Positions 39,401 to 49,246 of a stretch of 64,000 bases of DNA are shown here, in pieces; position 1 is the first letter of the stretch, and every line of letters begins with the position of its first letter. A program made the position numbers and the translations under genes. The stretch lies in IMG/VR virus record IMGVR_UViG_3300020050_002145; one strand, 5' to 3'. The DNA comes from an uncultured virus (IMG/VR IMGVR_UViG_3300020050_002145) (lineage: Duplodnaviria > Heunggongvirae > Uroviricota > Caudoviricetes). The notes beneath the pieces are model-generated. The model saw only the letters and a program-made list of their open reading frames with translations, was not told the DNA's origin and made no database searches.

Positions 39401-42400
39401 TCCTAAAACTACCTGAAGACGCTGCGCTGGGCCGACCACTTCATCCTGCTATCGTTGGGATGTTAAGAGATAATAATTTAGCGGGTGCGTTAAAGAATAT
39501 CAGCGGTACTGGTAAAGGTAGAACTTCAGCTATTGCCGCTAAGTTAGCTAATATTCTCGGCGATGTAAACGTAGAAGTCGTAGACAACCTGAAAGACGAA
39601 GCAGGTAACGCTGTGTCTGGGTACTATGATCCTAAAACTAACACTATCAAGCTAGACTCTAAGTCGGGTGTTCGTAGTCATACTGTATTGCACGAAGCTG
39701 TACACGCAGCTACTTCTCATATATTAGAAAACAAATCTCATCCTGTTACCAAGCAACTGACACAACTTTACAATGATGTTAAGGGATGGTTGGACACTGC
39801 ATACGGTGCAACATCTTTAGACGAGTTTGTGGCTGAAGCATTTAGTAACCCTGAGTTCCAAGCTAAGTTAGCTGCGATCAATCCTAAGGGTGACAAGATC
39901 ACGGCATGGCAACGCTTTACTAATACGGTTGGCAACTATATACGTAGTATGGTGGGTATGAATGTTAAGCCACTCGGCTCGGCATTGGATGTTGCTGACA
40001 ACTTAATCGACTCTATCTTATCTCCTTCACCGACAACTCGTAATGCCGGATTGTTGTACATGAACTCGGCTATGGGGGACAGCAGTAAGATATTTGCTAG
40101 AATCGGCGAGAGGTACATGAACGCTCCTAAGTGGAGTCAAGGCCTTGCCGACAACATACATGAATTCTTAAACGGTAGGTACAGCGAAAAATCAAAAGAC
40201 CTTGTTAGGTCTGCACTTCCTTTACACGCATTAGTAGACGTATCTAAACCGTACATTGCTAAAGCTCCGCTTGTTGACCGTCTTGTATCCGAACAGTCTG
40301 GTTCTGAAAGCCTACGTAATCAATCTATTGAACCAATTTTAGCTCGTACTGAAAACTGGGCTAAAGCAAACCCAAGCAAGCTAGACGCATTAAATGAAGT
40401 CATATACGAAAGTACGTTGACTAAAGTTGACCCAACCAAAAATCGTACCGAATACACTACTCCTGAAGATTTAAAAGAGTGGGATGCTATGCAATCGTTG
40501 CTACGTCAGGTTGGTCCTGATGGTGTAGGTATATACAAAATGATGCGTGATTCGTATAAAAAGTTATACGAGGAAATTTTACGTATTGTTAATGCTCGTG
40601 TGGACGACACAGTAGACGATAAAGAACGTGCAAAGATTATTAAGAAAGAAATTTATAGCCGCTTAACCGCTAAAGGCGGTCTTGATCCGTACTTCCCATT
40701 GACTCGTGAAGGCGATTATTGGTTGTCGTATCATGCTAAGAATCCTAAGACAAACTCAACCGAGTTGTATGTTGAAGCGTTTGAAACTAAACGTGAGCGT
40801 GATCGTGCTATTAAGGAATACGAATCAAACGGTGCAACTAACATTGAGAAGTTTGCTAACTTAAGCAAAGTCAATTACCGTAATGCGCCACCATCATCTT
40901 TTGTGAATGGCATCTTACAGACGCTGGAGGCCAACAAGGTACAACCAGAAGTCACAGAAGAAGTTATGCGGTTATTCTTGTCTACACTTCCTGAGACATC
41001 TTTTGCTCAAGCGTTCCGTGCACGTAAAGGTACATTAGGTTTCAAACGTGATGCTGTTAGAGCACTGCGTCAAAAGACTTTAAGTATCTCTCGTCAGCTT
41101 GCTAACATGGAGTACGGGGCTAAACTCAATAAGCTACGCTCTGAGATGGAAGAAGATTTCCGTGCTGCCGGTAGCAAAGAAGAAGCTAAACCATACCTTG
41201 ATGCGTTAAACGAACACATACAGTTTGCTGTTAGTCCACAGATTCCTAAGTGGTCTAAGATCGCTAGATCATTCGGCTTTAACATGACGTTGGGCTTTAA
41301 TATATCGTCGGCTGTAGTCAATGTGGCGCAAGTACCTTTAGTCGTGGCTCCCTATTTAGGTGGTAAGTACGGTTTAACAGATACAACTAAAGCTCTTGCT
41401 AACGCTACTCGTCTGTACATGCAGAGTGGTTTCCGACGTGACATTGAAACATTTGTAAAGACAGATACAGGCGCAAGTAAAGTAACAGTAAACGCTGCAC
41501 CTTCCATAGACAACTACGACATGGATAGCAAGAACGCCTCAGAAGAAATTAAGAGGTTAAAGCCTTTGATCAATCTTGCTGGTAGGCTTGGACAATTAAA
41601 TCGTTCGCAGTTATACGATACGTTGGATGTAACTGATCCTAAGTCAAATATGTTAGATCGTATTAACGCTGCTTCCGGCTTTATATTCCATCATGGCGAA
41701 CGTATGAACCGCCAAGTTACTATGGTTGCTGCGTACAATTTAGAGTTGGATCGTATGCAGAAAGAAGGTCGTAAAATAGATGAAGCGGCTATGACTGAAG
41801 CTGCTGAAACCGCTATTTACATGACCGAGATGACTAACGGTGGTACATCTGCCGCTGCTGCTCCTCGTCTTGCACAAAGTGGTATCGGCGCAGTTATGTT
41901 CATGTTCAAACGGTACGGTGCGTCTATGTACTACCTACTGTTTAAGACAGCTCGTGAAGCTCTACAAAATGCCGACGGTAAAACTCGTGCCGCTGCTTTG
42001 CGTCAGATAGCAGGTATATATGGCTCGGCTGCATTGTTTGCGGGTGCACGTGGTCTACCTATGTTTGGTATGGTTGCACTAATATATAACTTGTTTAAAG
42101 ACGATGACGAAGATGACTTCCAGACTGCTACACGTAAGTTCTTAGGCGAAGGTCTGTACAGTGGGGCATTAAACGCTACTACAGGTTTAGATATTGCATC
42201 CCGTATTGGTCTAAGTGATTTGATATTCCGTGATCAGAAGTTTGCCGAATCTACTTCAGTTGTTGCCTCATTAGCTGAAACACTGGGCGGGCCGGTGTTT
42301 GGTGTAGCAAGTCGTATAGAAAGAGGTTTAAGACTTATTTCTGAAGGTCATATTGAACGTGGTATCGAAGCTATATTGCCATCAGCAGCGGCTAATATTT

Positions 42401-42882
42401 TAAGGGCGTATAGATACTCAACAGAAGGCACTACTACATTACGTGGTGATCCTATAACAGGTGACGTAAGTTCATGGAATGTATTTGCCCAAGCGTTTGG
42501 TTTTGCACCTGCGGAGTACACTCGTCAACTTGAAATTAACGCTATCGAAAAAGGTATTGATAAGCGTGTAAACGAAGAGAAAACCAACCTGCTACGTCAG
42601 TTTTATGTAGCTAACAGAATGGGTGATCATGACACTGCACAAGAAGCCTTACAAGACCTTATTAAGTTACAGAAAAAACACCCCGGACTTGGTATAACTG
42701 CACAAACTATTATTAGGTCTATGAAGCAACATGCTCGTACTTCCGCTACTATGTATCACGGTATTACGTTAAGTAAAGGTATGCGAGCCGAGTTGTTAGA
42801 GGACGCACGTGAGTTTGACGAGGGCTATGATTTGTACCGAGATAATGATTATGGGTATGGGTACGACCAGTACGAGGAATAA
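36403..42882 (+). CDS. large polyvalent internal virion protein (zincin-like HExxH domain, PLxRFG-like motif)
   Basis: 2159 aa; GYYDP...VLHEAVHAAT...DEFVAEAFSNPEFQ; YFPLTREGDYW; last gene of the virion arm. Confidence 0.8.
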   Translation: MALYEITAPNGSTYQIEGPDNAPEAELIRAAKKYEQEQKRDEFRRRREAIERERNAVPPTPPETTILGQIGEIPKALGRGAVGLGEAAGVGIAAALPEDMEKSARESIKDIATGARSFLKPKEGYEDTVTTRLSEGLGSALPFFALGPFGMAGLAASGGIGIAAGAGEARQLAEAKGATGDERALATALGIGPGLLDVVAPQIKFAKNIVYTALLRGGVEGATEAAQKVSQNLIAKGVYDPQQPIFAGSGEEGAYGAGVGALASLLVDSVVRRKGGGAGGDTQTGTTTTPPTAPIPTSRQQELFPSDVLPPESASNIPTAGTPERPQGELFPAALRGLESAQAEDAQRRQDEERDLADLVRSKDAQLDMFAEPTATKTEPESVQGDLLSFEEKDIADMLKAEDIGKKNEAELNRVQVAALNRDVLELDKLKLKFESDLSELEGRLEAKDIKTIQDKRLELLLPIVEDSENKNIPKEFIKTLKAEGITDTKLTEREKNLINRAYDIRNMEAEVVAAEPDTTSKETKTIENLIPEKQPKVRQPEQLQLPGVPKPKVGKEEEVTETEKPALITPRSLDILGVLKAAPIRQRIVDKDLSNPADAELVRNELISYAENPNTNARAGQRILSFVNSPIFKTQAEMFGPRGGVLAQPKIKEATNVTPTETGTTTTGTSVPSTTLGVGTSTAGTTTPKATGVGSTGKPVGKPKARKAAKPTTLSQEEQDALQAELEEAMGTVPERVDAVEKGATERADKGTIKGTIKKPVKPTTEATPAKKVAPAAVPATAKTVAKEEKPSKPKEEKPSKPKEEKPSKPKEEKPTAEKESKEDRGNVVWQAAGMSEPEVAFHDAISTEYKSLAKEDVVTSADTKALGTLLRTQPSGLTPIAKAAKIYFSKMKRGVDNLLNMAFDSVYNTEQFRRENESEAEAKFFTGMNGKNANKAIEWVRGNLSPEANKALDKFIAGYKTQRDVADDDYMKALFRDVSIDHDETIREYTDAEEWERFLKLPEDAALGRPLHPAIVGMLRDNNLAGALKNISGTGKGRTSAIAAKLANILGDVNVEVVDNLKDEAGNAVSGYYDPKTNTIKLDSKSGVRSHTVLHEAVHAATSHILENKSHPVTKQLTQLYNDVKGWLDTAYGATSLDEFVAEAFSNPEFQAKLAAINPKGDKITAWQRFTNTVGNYIRSMVGMNVKPLGSALDVADNLIDSILSPSPTTRNAGLLYMNSAMGDSSKIFARIGERYMNAPKWSQGLADNIHEFLNGRYSEKSKDLVRSALPLHALVDVSKPYIAKAPLVDRLVSEQSGSESLRNQSIEPILARTENWAKANPSKLDALNEVIYESTLTKVDPTKNRTEYTTPEDLKEWDAMQSLLRQVGPDGVGIYKMMRDSYKKLYEEILRIVNARVDDTVDDKERAKIIKKEIYSRLTAKGGLDPYFPLTREGDYWLSYHAKNPKTNSTELYVEAFETKRERDRAIKEYESNGATNIEKFANLSKVNYRNAPPSSFVNGILQTLEANKVQPEVTEEVMRLFLSTLPETSFAQAFRARKGTLGFKRDAVRALRQKTLSISRQLANMEYGAKLNKLRSEMEEDFRAAGSKEEAKPYLDALNEHIQFAVSPQIPKWSKIARSFGFNMTLGFNISSAVVNVAQVPLVVAPYLGGKYGLTDTTKALANATRLYMQSGFRRDIETFVKTDTGASKVTVNAAPSIDNYDMDSKNASEEIKRLKPLINLAGRLGQLNRSQLYDTLDVTDPKSNMLDRINAASGFIFHHGERMNRQVTMVAAYNLELDRMQKEGRKIDEAAMTEAAETAIYMTEMTNGGTSAAAAPRLAQSGIGAVMFMFKRYGASMYYLLFKTAREALQNADGKTRAAALRQIAGIYGSAALFAGARGLPMFGMVALIYNLFKDDDEDDFQTATRKFLGEGLYSGALNATTGLDIASRIGLSDLIFRDQKFAESTSVVASLAETLGGPVFGVASRIERGLRLISEGHIERGIEAILPSAAANILRAYRYSTEGTTTLRGDPITGDVSSWNVFAQAFGFAPAEYTRQLEINAIEKGIDKRVNEEKTNLLRQFYVANRMGDHDTAQEALQDLIKLQKKHPGLGITAQTIIRSMKQHARTSATMYHGITLSKGMRAELLEDAREFDEGYDLYRDNDYGYGYDQYEE

Positions 42883-42915
42883 AAAAACTCCCCCAAGATT
42901 TCTCGATTGGGGGAG
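42881..42915 (-). terminator. terminator at the convergence of the two arms
   Basis: CTCCCCCAA...TTGGGGGAG hairpin (42888-42915) with an adjacent A-run. Confidence 0.75.
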
Positions 42916-42948
42916 ACCACCACAACGGTGAAGGAGCAGATAGTTATA

Positions 42949-43170
42949 TTATAAGACCCTCCAGAACCTCACGCCTAGCTTTTTTGACTCGATTCGCTCT
43001 GTATATACAAGGTGTATATCACGCCTTTTAGCTTCCTTTTTCATCTGCTTTATCAGCCTAGCCATATTTATAGCCGGAATAAAAACAGACGACCCGATCA
43101 CCATACTGTGCCAATGTACAGCAATCGGAATCCCATCTGGGTTAATCGGCAATAAGTTTTGCTGCTTCAT
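42949..43170 (-). CDS. small hypothetical protein
   Basis: W..M.IG.SVFIP...GVRFWRV; overlaps the end of the primase gene. Confidence 0.65.
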   Translation of the reverse strand: MKQQNLLPINPDGIPIAVHWHSMVIGSSVFIPAINMARLIKQMKKEAKRRDIHLVYTERIESKKLGVRFWRVL

Positions 43171-46009
43171 CGACGGGGGGTGCTACTAACTCATCTTCAA
43201 GGAAGTCGGAGCAATCTAACATCCATACATCTGAAGGTGGCAGGTTCATATTAGTACCCTTACCCATACGCATCTTCTTCATTATGGCTTTAGTCTTGCC
43301 TTCTTTTAACCCTTGCGTAAACGCACCGTAGTTATGTTGGTTCTTGATACACCAATCTTTTAGTGGTTTCGGCATTAAGTACAATTTCTTTACGTCGTAC
43401 TCGTATCGTGCAGCCAATGACATTCTAGGCGTTGCATCAGGAATAATAAGATGTTCCAGTGTGTCATTAGTTCTTGCATCATCAGTGCTGCGTATACGTA
43501 GTACATTGTTATAGTTCTCCGCTAAGTAGCCACTTAATAAATCTTCTACCGTACCCGTCATGTTATCTACTGCATACTTGGCATTGCGTAATACTTCAAC
43601 AATCCACTTAGCTATAGCCGGTATGTCGTAATGTATTAACCCTGCTCGTTTAGCAATCAATAACCCTGTGATAGCCGATGCCGCTTGAATAGACCAGAAT
43701 CTATGTGGTTGTGATAGCCCTGCTGCTGCATCAATACGCTTCTGAGTTTTAGCAAATAACTCTTTTACCTCGTCCATGTTTTTCATTATGTATTGCATGT
43801 ATGGTACGCAAGCATGTCCATAATGTAAGTGCAACGCAGCACTCAGATCATCCGTCTCTGTCTTAGTGTCAAATCTAAATGCTTCGGCTTTGTATTCCAA
43901 AACCCTCGTGGCTTCCGCTTTAGGTATAGCCTTGTACAGACTCATACGTTCAAGCAGACTCGTGTTACCTGTACTAGCTACATTCAGATGCCACGGCATA
44001 CCTCTAAATCGTTCATTGTTATCTTTACCGCCCATACGATTACGCTGCATACCGCTTGTTAGTTGATACACAAAATCACTCGCATCCTTTGGTAACATAT
44101 TTGTTAACTCGTCTACAGGTAAGAAAATGTCTTTCATTATCTCTGCACGGTTCATCTTACTAGCAGTTGTATCCGCTTCTTTCAGCATAAGCAAAGATGG
44201 ATTACCCCATATACTCGACGCTGCCAACATAGCTGTAGTCTTACCAAGTCCGGGGTCTCTACTGTGCATGTGAAACAAACTACCGCTAAACGGAGTAAGC
44301 GCAACCAACGGTGTACCGAAACTCAATCCTATAACATATTGGTGCATCTCCATCTTAGGTCGATTGTAGAAGTCAACAATGGTACGCCAACCTTCCATAG
44401 TGCCTTTGCTTTCAAGCGCAGGAAACATATCCTTAGTTGATTTTGATGGTGGGTTTATTTCAACTCGGTCGGCACGGATGTCTTTCTCACCTACGATAAA
44501 CGCTATACGTCTATCATCGTTCCAACCAAACTGACGATTAGCCAAATCTGCTGCTGTAGTAGCTTGTAACTTGTTAACCCAAGAGTTTGTGTAACTCATT
44601 AGTTCTCCCATATCCAATACCGCTACACCTTTAGGAGCTACTTGTTTTCTAAATTCGTCTTTAGATAGCAGCCCAACTAGCGGTACAGTAAACTCTCGAA
44701 CTCCGTCTTTAGGTAGATGCAAACGCATCACTACCGACTCACCTACTTCAGGGTCGAGCACTCGTTTAGTTATGTATAAATCGTTATGGTATACAGCGAC
44801 TTCAATAGGGTCGCCTTCTTTATCTTTTGCTTTCTTAAATATACCTCCTGCCTTACCACGAAAATATGGTGGTGGATACTGCGGTATAAAATAAGTTTGT
44901 AGCGGTACTTCTGTAGCAATGTCTGGTCGATCTTCTACTATGTTATCTTCTTCCGTAGCTTCTTGTACCTGACGACCTAATACAATCGGACTACCGAACT
45001 TACCTTTGAATGGGCAATCTACACACCCACTAGGATTCAACTCTTCAAATGTAGTACACCTGTGTGGGCCTCGTATTGAAGCAACACGCTTCTCAGTAAC
45101 TTCTTTACTGTAACCAACATGACCTTCAGAAATCTTGTGTATAGCTTTAGCACCATCGTCACAAAACTTAGCAACTGACAGCCCTGCAATCCACAAGTTA
45201 TATTCAATGTCCGCACGATTCTGATATATATGCTCTATTTGTTTACAGCCTTTTCCGGCTATAGTTTTTTGTAGTATCAACTTAAACGACGTAGCGTAGC
45301 TTCCTGCTAACGCATCTGTTACTTCGTCAACCACTCTAGGTGTGTAGTCCCGATTTGGGACTTTAACGTCACCCAACAGCGCATCAAAATCTTCAAGGCT
45401 TATAGGCGGGCGTAGTTCACCCCACACGTGTACATTTGTTGGTGGGTCATCCTTACAATTCAGTGTGCCGGGGACACGTAATATACGTGCAGCATCAGCC
45501 GTTACCTTCTCGTCAATTATCAAGCCCTCCTGCATACAGAGGTACTTAAGTTTACGTGCAACAGGTAACCACTTATCAACTGATACCGATTCAGTCAAAG
45601 GCCAGTACACGTGTATACCCCTACCAGAATTAACTAAGGTAGGTTTAGGTAGTCCTATGTTTTTGCAGAACTTACGTAACTCGGTTAACCCTGTAGATTG
45701 ATCTATGTAACCATGTAGCTTTCCAGTTTTAGGATCAGGTGTAGCTTTCGCAACACCGCAATCAATGTCGATAAAGAATGACTTAAGTTGTTTTACATTT
45801 ACGGCAAACCTTGATTTGTTCGTCTCAAATGTACCCAATGCAAAATACGCATTAAGCCCTTCGTTTGAAATCTGCTCTGCTCTGCTATACGCATCCTCTA
45901 TAGATGAGTGAAAGTACTGCCTTGCCTCCTCAGTATCTTGATTGATACTTACTGTGCAGTAATAACCTTCATCGCTCAGGACTGACGTTAGGAATGTTGT
46001 AGTTTGCAT
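43142..46009 (-). CDS. primase-helicase (RepB/AEP-type primase + DUF927 SF3-like helicase)
   Basis: FIDIDC, VNSGRGIHVYW, D.ARILRVPGT.N; Zn-binding C..C; GLGKTT Walker A; PVDELTN. Confidence 0.88.
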   Translation of the reverse strand: MQTTTFLTSVLSDEGYYCTVSINQDTEEARQYFHSSIEDAYSRAEQISNEGLNAYFALGTFETNKSRFAVNVKQLKSFFIDIDCGVAKATPDPKTGKLHGYIDQSTGLTELRKFCKNIGLPKPTLVNSGRGIHVYWPLTESVSVDKWLPVARKLKYLCMQEGLIIDEKVTADAARILRVPGTLNCKDDPPTNVHVWGELRPPISLEDFDALLGDVKVPNRDYTPRVVDEVTDALAGSYATSFKLILQKTIAGKGCKQIEHIYQNRADIEYNLWIAGLSVAKFCDDGAKAIHKISEGHVGYSKEVTEKRVASIRGPHRCTTFEELNPSGCVDCPFKGKFGSPIVLGRQVQEATEEDNIVEDRPDIATEVPLQTYFIPQYPPPYFRGKAGGIFKKAKDKEGDPIEVAVYHNDLYITKRVLDPEVGESVVMRLHLPKDGVREFTVPLVGLLSKDEFRKQVAPKGVAVLDMGELMSYTNSWVNKLQATTAADLANRQFGWNDDRRIAFIVGEKDIRADRVEINPPSKSTKDMFPALESKGTMEGWRTIVDFYNRPKMEMHQYVIGLSFGTPLVALTPFSGSLFHMHSRDPGLGKTTAMLAASSIWGNPSLLMLKEADTTASKMNRAEIMKDIFLPVDELTNMLPKDASDFVYQLTSGMQRNRMGGKDNNERFRGMPWHLNVASTGNTSLLERMSLYKAIPKAEATRVLEYKAEAFRFDTKTETDDLSAALHLHYGHACVPYMQYIMKNMDEVKELFAKTQKRIDAAAGLSQPHRFWSIQAASAITGLLIAKRAGLIHYDIPAIAKWIVEVLRNAKYAVDNMTGTVEDLLSGYLAENYNNVLRIRSTDDARTNDTLEHLIIPDATPRMSLAARYEYDVKKLYLMPKPLKDWCIKNQHNYGAFTQGLKEGKTKAIMKKMRMGKGTNMNLPPSDVWMLDCSDFLEDELVAPPVDEAAKLIAD

Positions 46010-46078
46010 GTCCGTCCGAGTAAGTAAAAGGAGGGGTAGTCGCTACACCTTTCGGAATCCGCTTTCCCCCATGAAAGA

Positions 46079-46963
46079 TTAGTCGTCCCAGTTATCAACC
46101 AAATCTGCTAATTCAGGTGCAGGTTCGGCAGTCTTTTTGGACGCAGCTTTCTTTGGCTCTTCTACTTCTTCGGCTTCAACCTTTTCTACTTTTGCAGCTT
46201 TTTTAGTTTCGGCTTTAGGTGCAAACTCTTCTTCTTTAGCTTTAGGAGGAGTAACTACAAACTTAACAGCCTCTTCAGCAGCAGGAGAATTACGTAACTC
46301 GTTGACTACTTCAAACTCATCTTCAGTGATAGGACGTACAGGTTTGAAATGCAACTTAGGTGTTGGGCTATTGATGTCAAAACGCATCTCAGTTACCACG
46401 CCAGTAACAGGAGTACCATGCGCTTTCAAGTGACGACCATACGCTTGTAATGGCAGCTTACCTTTCTCGCCTTCACCAAAGATAGATGTAGCAGGAAGAA
46501 TAAGTTGTGCTACACGACGCTTCTCAACTTCACCTTCAACCAATACAGCAACACGTTGTTGATAACGGCAAGCACGGCTTTCACCCTGACCACTACCTTT
46601 TACGTTTTGTTTGCAGTCCATGCACTTAGCTGCTTGCTTCTTATCAGCAGGTACGGTAGCAGCAGGAACTTGATTGTCGATTGACCAACAAGCAGGAGAA
46701 GCGTTCTCACCTTCTACATAAGCACCTGAGTAATACGAACGATATACATTCGGCGCAGACTTAATGATGATCACATTCATCGCACGTTCTTCACTGACAC
46801 GTACTTCTTTATTGCCTAACATCTCACGGAACGCACCACCTTTGATAGAGATACGGTACTGACCATCAAAATCACCGCCACCTGCTAACGCTGTAGTGGT
46901 TTCGTCTTGCATCTCTTTAAGATAGGCAGGTAGACCGCCTTTAAATAAAGTCATTTCGCTCAT
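46079..46963 (-). CDS. putative ssDNA-binding/annealing protein
   Basis: RISIKGG.F, P.CWS.D, C..C..N..GS...RAC; acidic C-terminus ending WDD. Confidence 0.7.
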   Translation of the reverse strand: MSEMTLFKGGLPAYLKEMQDETTTALAGGGDFDGQYRISIKGGAFREMLGNKEVRVSEERAMNVIIIKSAPNVYRSYYSGAYVEGENASPACWSIDNQVPAATVPADKKQAAKCMDCKQNVKGSGQGESRACRYQQRVAVLVEGEVEKRRVAQLILPATSIFGEGEKGKLPLQAYGRHLKAHGTPVTGVVTEMRFDINSPTPKLHFKPVRPITEDEFEVVNELRNSPAAEEAVKFVVTPPKAKEEEFAPKAETKKAAKVEKVEAEEVEEPKKAASKKTAEPAPELADLVDNWDD

Positions 46964-46973
46964 TGCTTGCTCC

Positions 46974-47228
46974 TTAGATGTCATCATCAGGGTTTAAATC
47001 CAATTCCAACTGACGAGGATCAGAGGTTTTGGTCGGGGGTGTTACGGCATCAGCGGGCGCACGACGTAATGCTGCGTCAACGTCAGCCATTTTAAAACGG
47101 TAGGTGTTGCCAACTTTTAAATAATCGGTAGATGTAAGTATTCCGGTTTTAATCCAACTGCGTACCGTAGATACAGACACATTAAAAAACTTGGCTAGGT
47201 CGGTAATTGTTACATAGTTCTCAGTCAT
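46974..47228 (-). CDS. excisionase/AlpA-like helix-turn-helix protein
   Basis: VTI.DLAKFFNVS.STVRSWI..G...KVG.TYRF. Confidence 0.8.
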   Translation of the reverse strand: MTENYVTITDLAKFFNVSVSTVRSWIKTGILTSTDYLKVGNTYRFKMADVDAALRRAPADAVTPPTKTSDPRQLELDLNPDDDI

Positions 47229-47626
47229 TATGCTTTCCTTATAGTTACACTGTACTCACTATCTACGTTTAGCCCCGGCGGTAGTAAGTCAGGATTTTCC
47301 TCTAAAAATGTTTGTGTATTACCTTGATGTAGCCGCTTCTCAAACAACTCCGGCACATTGTGTTCAACAACAAACTTGCCCATAGACTCCCAATCGTTAG
47401 TCCAGTACCGCTTCTTAATTGTTCGGTAGAACAACCCTTCTGAGGTACGTACAGTCTCTACGTTGTTTGCCTTACAGTGCTCAAGCAAGGCAGCTTTCAC
47501 CTGCTTCATACCGTTTTCGATCTGCTCTAATTCTTCGTCATGTGCCTTGACTAGGGCTTCTCGTTTAGTACGCATCTTGATGTAAACACGAACTAATTTA
47601 TCTACTGACACTTGTGAATCGCTCAT
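47228..47626 (-). CDS. conserved replication-module protein
   Basis: LV.VYIK.R...RT..G......W..DW...PPGLN. Confidence 0.75.
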   Translation of the reverse strand: MSDSQVSVDKLVRVYIKMRTKREALVKAHDEELEQIENGMKQVKAALLEHCKANNVETVRTSEGLFYRTIKKRYWTNDWESMGKFVVEHNVPELFEKRLHQGNTQTFLEENPDLLPPGLNVDSEYSVTIRKA

Positions 47627-47679
47627 TTTTGCTCCCTTTTTTATTTACTGGGGATTGTAGTTTAGTGTCGTTTTTTATC

Positions 47680-49218
47680 TTAGTCAAGCATTTCTTTGTA
47701 AAGATCAATAATTTTTGTGTGAATATCCATTTTTGTGCCTAACATTTTGTAAACGTGCTTTTCTGCATTAGATCCTTGTAGGTGAATTACTACGCAGGGG
47801 TGACGCTGCCCCGGTCTATGCACCCTCGCATTAGCTTGTGCATACGTCTCAAGTGAACTGGTCGGCCCCCACCAAACTACTGTGTCTGCTGCTGTTAACG
47901 TCACACCATGTGCTGCTGATTGGGGTTGGATGACTAGCACTCTCGGCTCTGGGGTTTCTTGGAATCGTTTGAATATCTCGGTACGTCTAGCAGCGGTTAC
48001 ATCGCCTCGTATAACTTCAGCAGTAATACCGTCGTCTTTCAACTTCGCCACAACTAAATCTATGGCATGTTTAAACGGTACGAAAACCAGCACCTTGTTG
48101 TTGGCTTCGTCTATAACTTCTTTTAGGATGTCGTAGCGATTTTTAATATCAAACTCAATGGACTCACCGCTATCCGAATAGACTGCGCCACAAGATATTT
48201 GCAGGAGCTTATTCATATTCACTGCTGCATTGACTGCTGTAATTGCTTCTCCTGCGGCTTCCATTACCATGCGGTTCTTCATCATGGTGTAGTACTTCTG
48301 TTGTTGCTTGGTCAACTGAACTTCTCGGTTAACGTATGTCATCTCTGGTAAATCAAGGCAATCTTCTTTAGAGAATCTGATCGCAGGTTGTAGTGCGTTG
48401 AACACGGTATCTAGTGCAGTCGGCTTCGGTATCCATCTGAACTGCCCCACCTTGTACATAACCATGTCTTTGAACGCAGTAGCAAATCTTGGTACACCGG
48501 AAGGATTAACCAACTTAGCTAGACCATACGCATCTACGGGGGACTGTGCTGCCGGAGTACCTGTTAACATCCATAACCATGTATCAGGCTTGACTAATCT
48601 ATTGAGTAACTTCCAACGTGTAGTCTGTGAATTCTTGTACGCATTAGCTTCGTCTACAACGATAAGATCAAAGCCACCTTTAGCTATCTCATCGAATACA
48701 ACTTCAATACCGTCGTAGTTAATAATGATGAATTCGGCTTGGCTCTCTATAACTTCTTTGCGTTTAGCTGCTGAACCATAAGCAATGTCAACTGATCGGT
48801 GCATAGCAAACTTAAATAGATCGCTTCGCCATGCTGAATCCATAATAGATAGTGGGCATATAACTAATACACGTCTTATCTTCTTTTGTTTTATTAGATA
48901 GTCTGCTGCCCATATAACACTACCCGTCTTACCTGTACCTTGTTCGTTTAAGCAGAACGCTCGCTTGTTTAGTGTAAGGAAAGATGCAGTAACTTTTTGA
49001 TGGTTGAATGGTTTATGTAGCCCCGGCCAGTTGTATTGTGCGTATATAGGTGATGGTACGTTTTTAATTCTTAGATTCTTAAGTACTTGTGCTTCGTCTA
49101 AACCCCAATGAACTAGCACCTTTCCTTCGCCTACATCTTTACTTTTGGGTATAACTCCTGTGACTTTAGCGGGGTCACGTAGGGTCAGTAGCAGTGCTTT
49201 GTTATCTATAATTTGCAT
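47680..49218 (-). CDS. SNF2-like superfamily 2 helicase
   Basis: EQGTGKT, DEAN, LTGTP, HGVTLT, QANARVHRPGQ. Confidence 0.92.
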   Translation of the reverse strand: MQIIDNKALLLTLRDPAKVTGVIPKSKDVGEGKVLVHWGLDEAQVLKNLRIKNVPSPIYAQYNWPGLHKPFNHQKVTASFLTLNKRAFCLNEQGTGKTGSVIWAADYLIKQKKIRRVLVICPLSIMDSAWRSDLFKFAMHRSVDIAYGSAAKRKEVIESQAEFIIINYDGIEVVFDEIAKGGFDLIVVDEANAYKNSQTTRWKLLNRLVKPDTWLWMLTGTPAAQSPVDAYGLAKLVNPSGVPRFATAFKDMVMYKVGQFRWIPKPTALDTVFNALQPAIRFSKEDCLDLPEMTYVNREVQLTKQQQKYYTMMKNRMVMEAAGEAITAVNAAVNMNKLLQISCGAVYSDSGESIEFDIKNRYDILKEVIDEANNKVLVFVPFKHAIDLVVAKLKDDGITAEVIRGDVTAARRTEIFKRFQETPEPRVLVIQPQSAAHGVTLTAADTVVWWGPTSSLETYAQANARVHRPGQRHPCVVIHLQGSNAEKHVYKMLGTKMDIHTKIIDLYKEMLD

Positions 49219-49246
49219 TGTTATCTTTTGTTTAGGGATGCGGAAA

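Noticed and set aside
46974..47228. Excisionase-like HTH as evidence of an integrated prophage
   Set aside because: No integrase, att site or host genes are in the window; such HTH genes are common in replication modules.
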